Shown here: piece after piece, positions 1 through 5,716 of the stretch
How positions within the stretch are numbered: position 1 is the first letter of the stretch
Layout of the letters: each line of letters opens with the position of its first letter
Virus record (IMG/VR): IMGVR_UViG_2724679236_000015
From: a virus
Taxonomy: Duplodnaviria; Heunggongvirae; Uroviricota; Caudoviricetes
Reading direction: 5' to 3' (one strand)
Length of the DNA stretch: 9,876 nt
Translations under genes and position numbers: made by a program
Notes under the pieces: model-generated
The model's database searches: none
Told to the model about the DNA's origin: nothing
Seen by the model: only the letters and a program-made list of their open reading frames with translations

Positions 1-258
1 AAAATTGCAATATGTGGTGGACCCATACATCTCCTTGCCTTTCGGCACGTAAGAGGCTAACCTAGATTTGCCGTTCATAGATTGAGCCTCAGATTAATGT
101 TAAGCGTCTTGCAGGACGCGTAATGTTAACTGGGGCTTTTCTCTATCTGCCTTTTGGTATTCATGCCTGAGACAGATAGCCTCAAGCACCCGCAGCAATT
201 CTACTTAACTCCCGTAACCTCGCCAATATGAAATCAATCAGAAAGGTGATCCATAAAA

Positions 259-648
259 TCACTGCTTCTCTTCTTTACCGTAGTGGAGTTGACCAATTTT
301 GATAAGAGGGCGTCCCTGAGATTTGCGGTGTAGATTGGTATCGCGCAGAGAATGCACACAGCCACAATATTCCTGCTGATAGAATTGTTCGCGTTTGCTG
401 ATTTCAATCATGCGGGACAAGCCCCCCCCCTGCTTGCGCCAGTTATAATCCCAGTACACAATTCCCGGATAATGTGCGACAGCTCGCCGTCCGCAGTCGT
501 TAACCTGCTGCATATTTTTCCAGCGTGAAATGCCCAGTGAACTGCTGATCACACTGAAACCATTTTCAGCGGCGTACAGCGCTGTCCGCTCAAAACGCAT
601 GTCAAAACACATAGTACAACGCCTCCCACGTTCGGTCTCCCATTCCAT
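259..648 (-). CDS. QueH/DUF208-family (epoxyqueuosine reductase-like) protein, C-terminal portion; gene appears frame-split, with the N-terminal part at 702-845
   Basis: Translation contains [14 protein letters not shown]...[14 protein letters not shown]...YCGC, which I recognise as the C-terminal signature of DUF208/QueH. The frame stays open upstream to a stop at 751-753 with no alternative start codon, so the ATG at 648 is either an internal restart or the gene is disrupted. Confidence 0.55.
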   Translation of the reverse strand: MEWETERGRRCTMCFDMRFERTALYAAENGFSVISSSLGISRWKNMQQVNDCGRRAVAHYPGIVYWDYNWRKQGGGLSRMIEISKREQFYQQEYCGCVHSLRDTNLHRKSQGRPLIKIGQLHYGKEEKQ

Positions 649-701
649 TCCTTTGGCTCGCTCAAACCAGTTGTCAGTGTCGTAATCAGCATCGATAAAC
701 G

Positions 702-845
702 CTACACCGTGTTGTTCTCGATTCCTGAGGCCTGAAGAGTCTCCATCACTTCACCGGAACATGGTGCACAACAAGAGTGTAATAGTAGTTTGTTTGCCCC
801 GTTTGGGAGCTCCAACTTAGGACGTTTGAAATCAGCAACTGTCAT
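702..845 (-). pseudogene. N-terminal fragment of the QueH/DUF208-like gene, in a different frame from the C-terminal ORF
   Basis: Minus-strand ORF ATG(845) to TAG(704-702) translates to [58 protein letters not shown] is the N-terminal Fe-S cysteine motif of QueH. Its frame differs from the 259-648 ORF; the two overlap at about 702-750. Confidence 0.5.
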
Positions 846-1116
846 AAATGTTTACGTCGGGGTAATGAAACTTGCAAGGAGTGTAGCATCAGAGTGTACT
901 GCCCCCAAAAGTTGGCAGTTAAACAAGAGGCTAGATATTTTGAGCAAAATTTCAAGATCAACTAATGCTCCTTTTTTGAACAAGCGTCCTGATTATACCA
1001 ATCAGATCGCATTACAATGCTATCTTTACTGATAAGTCAGTTGATTGTTTCGTTAAAATGCTTCTTAATACCGTAAACTTATTACTCCAGCACAGATAAC
1101 ATATAATGAAATAGCC

Positions 1117-1389
1117 ATGAAAATAGACATTAAAAATAAAAATGGGAATACACAACACCTAGACGTGTCATCGTTGATTATTACACTTAATAATGGAGAA
1201 ACTATTGAAATCACAGATGAAAACAAAAGTCGCCCAATTGATATACCTGAGGGGGTTACAGTGTGGGGAGGCCAAGCTCCCGATCAAGGAGCAAGCATAG
1301 ATCAACTAAAAAAGACAACTCGTGGCATAGGAATATATCCACTAGCCTCCAATATGGTGCACATATTCCCTTATTCTTTAAAAAAGTAA
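1117..1389 (+). CDS. Hypothetical 90-aa protein (moron-like, AT-rich, opposite strand to the surrounding operon)
   Basis: ORF sits in a visibly AT-rich island (about 1040-1520) with rare codons (ATA, CTA). A TATAAT hexamer at 1102-1107 lies 9 nt upstream of the ATG. No clear Shine-Dalgarno. No family recognised. Confidence 0.4.
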   Translation: MKIDIKNKNGNTQHLDVSSLIITLNNGETIEITDENKSRPIDIPEGVTVWGGQAPDQGASIDQLKKTTRGIGIYPLASNMVHIFPYSLKK

Positions 1390-1526
1390 AATCTTATGTA
1401 GCGTTTTAGTAGATACCAAATAAAGAGTGGAACTAAAATTTGATTTTAGCGCAGTGCCAGATGAGGCGATGGCTCTGCGCCGTAGATACACCAACTTAAA
1501 CTTGAGCTATTACATTTTGATTTTGC

Positions 1527-1949
1527 TTACCGAACAAATTTCTGGATATTTCCTCGATAAAACATCAGTACACGCTTCATCACTTCGCTCTTACGGCACT
1601 CGCTACAGATTATGTTTAGACGACTGTCGTAGCGACGTATTTCTCCGTCAGGAAATGACCAGATAAGGTCCGGATCAACCACAGCAGGTTTCTTCACCTT
1701 TGCCCTCGAGAGTTTTTTGCGGGCGTTTTGCCAGTCCTTACGCGCCTGTTCAGACGGGAATAACCCGTAGCCGGAGTTGTATACATCGCCACTGGCAACC
1801 AGCTCTCTGGCGAGAACACTCATCAGATATCTTGTCGCACCTGTTTTAGCTTCCAGTTGCCGTAACGTCTCTCGACCGCTCTGGCGCACGAGTTCCACCA
1901 CCTGCCCTTTAATTTTTTCTCGCTCTTCTTGTGTAAATACTTTTGCCAC
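1527..1949 (-). CDS. Hypothetical 140-aa protein with an HTH-like segment; occupies the position of a helicase loader downstream of the O-like gene
   Basis: GTG start at 1949 preceded by a perfect AGGAGG (rc of 1954-1959). The segment TLRQLEAKTGATRYLMSVLARELVASG looks helix-turn-helix-like. A 37-nt gap separates it from the upstream O-like gene. Confidence 0.65.
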   Translation of the reverse strand: MAKVFTQEEREKIKGQVVELVRQSGRETLRQLEAKTGATRYLMSVLARELVASGDVYNSGYGLFPSEQARKDWQNARKKLSRAKVKKPAVVDPDLIWSFPDGEIRRYDSRLNIICSECRKSEVMKRVLMFYRGNIQKFVR

Positions 1950-1989
1950 AAGCCCTCCTGAAAATTACCTCATGACCCGAAATAAACAC

Positions 1990-2955
1990 TTACCCCCTGA
2001 ACCCTGGGGGAATTTCGGTATCCGGTTCAGAAATATGATTCACACAACGCTGTACAGGTGAACGCCCCAGGCGGATGACCAGTTCGTCCCATTTTTCGCG
2101 GAGCTTTGACGGGCTCATGATGTTTTTTACCCAGAATGGATCCCGCTGTACCCGCCCAAACATTTCGCAAATTTGTCTGTGAGTTCTGCCATCCAGCATC
2201 CGCATTGTGCGCACATCATTGGCCCATGCGGTCCAGTTTGGTTCTTTCGGTCGCGTGATCTCGCCATCATCGCTGGCAGCCTGCTCGTAAAGACTCACGA
2301 TTCGTCCCCAGATCCACTGTGCGCACGCCAAATCTTCCTGACTTCCCCACTGGCGTTTTTTCGCACTGAACACAACCGCATCAGGGTGCCGAGTTAAAAA
2401 ATCCTGTTCAGCCGTCTGCAGGTCCGGTTGCGAAGCTTCCGGACGAGAAGTGTTTTTATTCTCTGTAGTAATCTCTGTTGTATTCTCTGTAAGATCATCA
2501 GACCATTTTGACCCGATGACATTGGGTCGTTTTGAACCAATGGAGCGTGCCATTTTGACCTCTTCCATCGTGTCATTTTGACCTGATGGAGCGACGCATT
2601 TTGACCTGATGGATTCGCTCACTTTGCCACCATCTAAAAGCTCACTCTCGTAATTAATCGTGTAAAAATTAGTCATATCACGCTTTGATTTGTTGAGCTT
2701 TTCGCAACGCAAAAGCCCCAGCGTTTTCAGACTTGCAAATGCACGTTTTAACGTTGATTCAGACCAGAACGGAAACTGTTCCAGCCATTGTTCCGTTGTG
2801 TTATAAATCCAGCGAACCCCGTCACATTCCATACCGGAATTGGTATCTCTCAACCAGTAATGCAGCTGCTGTAACACAATGGCTTCGTTCAGACCTATTT
2901 TCATCGCCAGCTGAGTGTTAATAACCAGTGGGCGTTCAGCAAAAAGAAGACTCAT
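1990..2955 (-). CDS. Phage replication initiation protein (O-like replisome organiser)
   Basis: N-terminal region MSLLFAERPLVINTQLAMKIGLNEAIVLQQLHYWL...NFYTINYE matches what I recognise as the phage replisome-organiser N-terminal domain. Iterons are embedded in the middle of the coding sequence. The ORF track extends to a TTG at 3009 and an ATG at 2997; I prefer the ATG at 2955 (GGA-containing motif upstream, short overlap with the upstream gene), but the start is uncertain. Confidence 0.8.
   Translation of the reverse strand: MSLLFAERPLVINTQLAMKIGLNEAIVLQQLHYWLRDTNSGMECDGVRWIYNTTEQWLEQFPFWSESTLKRAFASLKTLGLLRCEKLNKSKRDMTNFYTINYESELLDGGKVSESIRSKCVAPSGQNDTMEEVKMARSIGSKRPNVIGSKWSDDLTENTTEITTENKNTSRPEASQPDLQTAEQDFLTRHPDAVVFSAKKRQWGSQEDLACAQWIWGRIVSLYEQAASDDGEITRPKEPNWTAWANDVRTMRMLDGRTHRQICEMFGRVQRDPFWVKNIMSPSKLREKWDELVIRLGRSPVQRCVNHISEPDTEIPPGFRG
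2449..2635. repeat. Putative origin of replication: six about-23-bp iterons (core CATTTTGACC) plus an adjacent AT-rich segment with three TCTCTGT repeats, inside the O-like gene
   Basis: Direct repeats start at 2504, 2528, 2551, 2574, 2597 and 2620 (the last degenerate), spaced 23-24 bp. The AT-rich stretch 2449-2500 carries TCTCTGT three times. This mirrors lambda ori lying within gene O. Confidence 0.6.
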
Positions 2956-3457
2956 AATTCCATCCGGCTTTTTGTTGATATTGCTGACAATACGCATGCT
3001 TGAAAGCAATAGCTTTTTCTATAAGCTCGTCAGTCTCACGCTCCACAACAGCGGGATCTGCCAAAAGCAGACCGGACTCCACCACATCGCCATATTCTTT
3101 GTTTAACCCGGCGATCATGTACGTAATGCTTTTTCCGTCAGTAATTTCACGATACAACCTGAAATCACTTATCCGGATAGCCTCCATAATTGCCGGAATC
3201 AGCGCCGTGAATTTTTCCCGCTTATCCCTGGTATCAATAGCTTTCCAGCGTTCGAATATCTTCACCCGGTTGACGCCCAGCGCCCGTTGCTCAACCGCGC
3301 CATCATCAAACGTGACGCGTTGAACATCGATGTTCGGGCGTTCTTTCAGAGCCCAGAATGCTTCCGTGATTAATATCGTCGCCTGCTCCTGTGTCATTCC
3401 TGGTCGGCATACCCAGGCATCCAGAGCCTCACAAACATGTTCAGGGGTGATTTTCAT
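2936..3457 (-). CDS. YdaT-like protein (CII functional analog family of Rac/CP-933P-type prophages)
   Basis: 173-aa ORF immediately downstream of the cro-like gene, with a 17-nt overlap, in the cII position of the lambdoid map. The family assignment is from my recollection of YdaT sequences, not a search. Confidence 0.55.
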   Translation of the reverse strand: MKITPEHVCEALDAWVCRPGMTQEQATILITEAFWALKERPNIDVQRVTFDDGAVEQRALGVNRVKIFERWKAIDTRDKREKFTALIPAIMEAIRISDFRLYREITDGKSITYMIAGLNKEYGDVVESGLLLADPAVVERETDELIEKAIAFKHAYCQQYQQKAGWNYESSFC

Positions 3458-3671
3458 TGTTCAACCGCCCCGCCCGCTTTGCCTTACGATATTCGTCATA
3501 AACTTTGGGGTCGTACTGAAGTTCCCCGCCGGATGCATCTTGCAGGCGCATCGCGCGACCTTCAGGTACTAGCTCCCCTTTCCAGCTATAAAGCGAAGCC
3601 AAACGAATACCAGCAGCTTGTGCAAGTTTTGTTTTTGAACCGAAATACAAAAGTGCGTCAGTTTTAAGCAT
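3441..3671 (-). CDS. dicC: Cro-like transcriptional regulator DicC
   Basis: 76-aa protein MLKTDALLYFGSKTKLAQAAGIRLASLYSW... closely matches my recollection of E. coli DicC. AAGGTG Shine-Dalgarno 6 nt upstream of the ATG. Divergent from the dicA-like gene. Confidence 0.75.
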   Translation of the reverse strand: MLKTDALLYFGSKTKLAQAAGIRLASLYSWKGELVPEGRAMRLQDASGGELQYDPKVYDEYRKAKRAGRLNNENHP

Positions 3672-3685
3672 TTAAAGCACCTTAA

Positions 3686-3752
3686 TTGTTAGTCATAACT
3701 AACAAAATAAATGTTAACAAAAACATAGTCAATAAGATTTAGCATTAGCTAA
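3686..3752. promoter_or_regulatory. Divergent dicC/dicA control region with operator palindromes
   Basis: Perfect 8-bp-arm palindrome TTGTTAGT-cata-ACTAACAA at 3686-3705, and TTAGC-atta-GCTAA at 3739-3752 ending 2 nt before the dicA ATG. AT-rich 83-bp intergenic region between divergent genes. Confidence 0.5.
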
Positions 3753-3754
3753 CT

Positions 3755-4162
3755 ATGGATACAAAAAATTTAACCATTGGCGAACGCATTAGATATCGCC
3801 GAAAAAACCTCAAATACACCCAAAGGTCTCTTGCTAAAGCCCTGAAAATTTCTCATGTATCGGTTTCACAATGGGAACGGGATGATAGCGAACCTACAGG
3901 AAAGAATCTTTTTGCCCTCAGCAAAGTACTGCAGTGCTCGCCAACATGGATTCTATTTGGCGATGAAGACAAGCAGCCATCACCACCTATTGAGGAGCCA
4001 GTTGCTCTATCCCCCAAAGAACATGAGCTCCTTGAGCTTTTTAATGCATTGCCTGAATCAGAACAGGATGCTCAGCTCACCGAGATGCGCGCCCGAGTAA
4101 AAAATTTCAACAAACTCTTTGAAGAGTTATTAAAAGCCCGTCAACGAACAAACAAAAGATAA
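3755..4162 (+). CDS. dicA: XRE-family HTH repressor DicA (CI-like immunity repressor)
   Basis: 135-aa protein MDTKNLTIGERIRYRRKNLKYTQRSLAKALKISHVSVSQWERDDSEPTGKNLFALSKVL... closely matches my recollection of E. coli DicA (same length, classic HTH). Confidence 0.85.
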   Translation: MDTKNLTIGERIRYRRKNLKYTQRSLAKALKISHVSVSQWERDDSEPTGKNLFALSKVLQCSPTWILFGDEDKQPSPPIEEPVALSPKEHELLELFNALPESEQDAQLTEMRARVKNFNKLFEELLKARQRTNKR

Positions 4163-4186
4163 CGCAATCAATGCGTTATCTTTTTG
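4155..4186 (+). terminator. Rho-independent terminator downstream of dicA
   Basis: AGATAACGCA-atcaa-TGCGTTATCT: a perfect 10-bp stem (4157-4166 / 4172-4181) followed by a T-run (4181-4185), overlapping the dicA stop codon. Confidence 0.6.
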
Positions 4187-4197
4187 GTCGCCCAAAA

Positions 4198-4251
4198 TGT
4201 TAGTCATGGCAAACAAAAACACTTGACCAAATTGTTAGCTATGGCTAATCT
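4198..4251 (+). promoter_or_regulatory. Putative dicB-operon promoter overlapped by DicA-type operators
   Basis: TTGACC (4223-4228), 17-bp spacer, TAATCT (4246-4251). The palindrome TTAGC-tatg-GCTAA (4235-4248) overlaps the spacer and -10. An imperfect related site lies at 4200-4213. Confidence 0.45.
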
Positions 4252-4328
4252 TGCTTGCATCAAGACACCGCACGGTGTTCTCAGCAAACAGTTCCGCTAC
4301 CCCGGCGTTAAGGGGAAATAAGGTCAAC

Positions 4329-4481
4329 ATGGATACTATCAATCTTGGCAACAACGAATCTCTGGTGTGCGGCGTGTTCCCAAACCAAGACGGTACGTTC
4401 ACCGCAATGACGTATACCAAAAGCAAAACGCTTAAAACCGAATCTGGCGCGCGTCGCTGGTTAGCCAGAAACACTGACTGA
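4329..4481 (+). CDS. ydfA: YdfA-like small protein (DUF1391-type, 50 aa)
   Basis: MDTINLGNNESLVCGVFPNQDGTFTAMTYTKSKTLKTESGARRWLARNTD; AAGG Shine-Dalgarno 5 nt upstream of the ATG at 4329. The ORF-track start at 4251 lacks an RBS. Resembles my recollection of Qin YdfA. Confidence 0.6.
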   Translation: MDTINLGNNESLVCGVFPNQDGTFTAMTYTKSKTLKTESGARRWLARNTD

Positions 4482-4492
4482 TGAGGCTGACG

Positions 4493-4858
4493 ATGGAATT
4501 TAAAGATTTACCGTCTGATGTACAGAAAACAGCAGCTCATACATTGCATTCTGTGCTGCGAGAAATCGGGAAAGATATTGCAAGCGAGCCAGCAAAAGAT
4601 CTGGCCCGGAAAATCAAGACCGCTTTCGTTGAGCTTTATAATGTTGGCACTGACTCTGAAACTGTCGAGACCAAGACCGTAAGTTCACCAATATTCTCAC
4701 TTGAGCCAGGCGTATTATCAGGTGAAATATGCACCGAGATTTCCAGCGAACTGCTTCCGGTAATACGAGAAGCAATTTGCCGTCGCGGTTTGGATGGAAG
4801 TTACGATCATGACGTCCTGCAAGTTCTCAGGACAATGGTGACTTCACTGGGGATTTGA
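4493..4858 (+). CDS. Hypothetical acidic 121-aa protein of the dicB operon
   Basis: GAGG Shine-Dalgarno (4483-4486) 6 nt upstream of the ATG at 4493. An alternative ATG at 4481 overlaps the ydfA stop (TGATG). No family recognised. Confidence 0.55.
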   Translation: MEFKDLPSDVQKTAAHTLHSVLREIGKDIASEPAKDLARKIKTAFVELYNVGTDSETVETKTVSSPIFSLEPGVLSGEICTEISSELLPVIREAICRRGLDGSYDHDVLQVLRTMVTSLGI

Positions 4859-5027
4859 TCCCTGCGTCCTCTAACCTTTTGATATAGCGGTCCTCCAAGA
4901 AGCGGTAAATTTTGTCGAAATCATCTTTCCCCTCTGGTTTATTCAGAGGATTACAGGACCCGTAAGTAACGGCATACATTTCAACCGTTTTATCAAAAAT
5001 ATAAGAGACAAATTCTTCTTTAGTCAT
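4827..5027 (-). CDS. Hypothetical 66-aa protein encoded antisense to the dicB operon
   Basis: Minus-strand ATG at 5027 preceded by AAGGAAA with 7-nt spacing. It is the only open frame across about 170 bp where the plus strand has none. Translation: MTKEEFVSYIFDKTVEMYAVTYGSCNPLNKPEGKDDFDKIYRFLEDRYIKRLEDAGIKSPVKSPLS. Its 3' end overlaps the 121-aa ORF convergently. Confidence 0.45.
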   Translation of the reverse strand: MTKEEFVSYIFDKTVEMYAVTYGSCNPLNKPEGKDDFDKIYRFLEDRYIKRLEDAGIKSPVKSPLS

Positions 5028-5302
5028 ATAGATTTCCTTCTTGGTTATTCGGGATAAGAAGGATACCACCTCGCCTGACGTGGTTAAAAGCAGGCACACA
5101 ACACGAAAGCGCACGGCGAAGTTCGTCTCACTGTACGGTGTCGTTAAATTTAATTCGACCGTGCGCTTCCGGTTGTGGCAACCCGCGAAATGGCGCGGCG
5201 GTAAGTATGGCGGGGTTATTCCTTCCCCGTTGAGGACACCGGGTTGTCAGGTTGACCATACGCTTAAGTGACAACCCCGCTGCAACGCCCTCTGTTATCA
5301 AT

Positions 5303-5358
5303 TTTCTGGTGACGTTTGGCGGCATCTGTTTGCCCATGAACTGATGTCCGCCCTTTTT
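5303..5358 (+). ncRNA. dicF: DicF-like small RNA (cell-division inhibitor sRNA of the dicB operon)
   Basis: TTTCTGGTGACGTTTGGCGG matches the DicF 5' region as I recall it, followed by a GGCGGCATC...GATGtCCGCC hairpin and T5 (5354-5358). Located upstream of dicB as in Qin. Confidence 0.7.
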
Positions 5359-5527
5359 AAAGTGAATTTTGTGATGCGGTGAATGCGGCTAAGCGCACGC
5401 GGAACAGTTAAAGCTAAAAACAGTGTTATGGGTGGATTCTCTGTATCCGGCGTTAATTGTTAACTGGTTAACGTCACCTGGAGGCACCAGGCACCGCATC
5501 ACAAAATTCATTGTTGAGGACGCGATA

Positions 5528-5716
5528 ATGGAAACGTTATTACCAAACGTTAATACGTCTGAAGGTTGTTTTGAAATTGGTGTCACTATCAGCAATCAGA
5601 TATTTACTGAAGATGCCATTAATAAAAGAAAACACGAACAGGAACTGCTAAATAAAATATGCATTGTTTCGATGCTGGCCCGTTTACGTCTGATGCAAAC
5701 AGGATGCAGGCAATGA
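5528..5716 (+). CDS. dicB: Cell-division inhibitor DicB
   Basis: 62-aa protein METLLPNVNTSEGCFEIGVTISNQIFTEDAINKRKHEQELLNKICIVSMLARLRLMQTGCRQ; GAGGA Shine-Dalgarno 8 nt upstream. The ORF-track start at 5423 is an unsupported upstream extension. Confidence 0.85.
   Translation: METLLPNVNTSEGCFEIGVTISNQIFTEDAINKRKHEQELLNKICIVSMLARLRLMQTGCRQ

Noticed and set aside
1-78. Possible minus-strand gene start (ATG at 78 with a GAGG 8 nt upstream; MNGKSRLASYVPKGKEMYGSTTYCNF...) running off the left edge
   Set aside because: Only 26 codons are visible and I recognise no family; too little sequence to support a call.
790-1032. 80-aa plus-strand ORF
   Set aside because: Overlaps the QueH-like N-terminal fragment on the opposite strand, has no RBS and gives a low-complexity translation; probably spurious.
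1427-2061. Plus-strand ORFs 1427-1666 and 1777-2061
   Set aside because: Both lie antisense within, or overlap, the well-supported 140-aa and O-like genes; no RBS, no recognisable product.
2173-3667. Several 60-110-aa ORFs on both strands (2173-2397, 2394-2576, 2733-2921, 2915-3106, 3000-3323, 3330-3572, 3437-3667)
   Set aside because: All are alternative-frame or antisense ORFs nested in the O-like, YdaT-like and DicC-like genes, whose own frames have recognisable protein signatures.
3855-4100. 81-aa ORF in another frame inside dicA
   Set aside because: Fully nested in the DicA-like coding sequence, which matches a known repressor; spurious.
4235-4474. 79-aa minus-strand ORF and the upstream extension of the ydfA-like ORF (start at 4251)
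   Set aside because: The antisense ORF overlaps the promoter and the ydfA-like gene; the 4251 start lacks an RBS whereas the ATG at 4329 has one.
5041-5595. ORFs 5041-5271 (+), 5128-5337 (-) and 5389-5595 (-)
   Set aside because: TTG-initiated or RBS-less frames with arginine-rich, low-complexity translations over the structured DicF-flanking region and antisense to dicB; better explained as non-coding RNA sequence.
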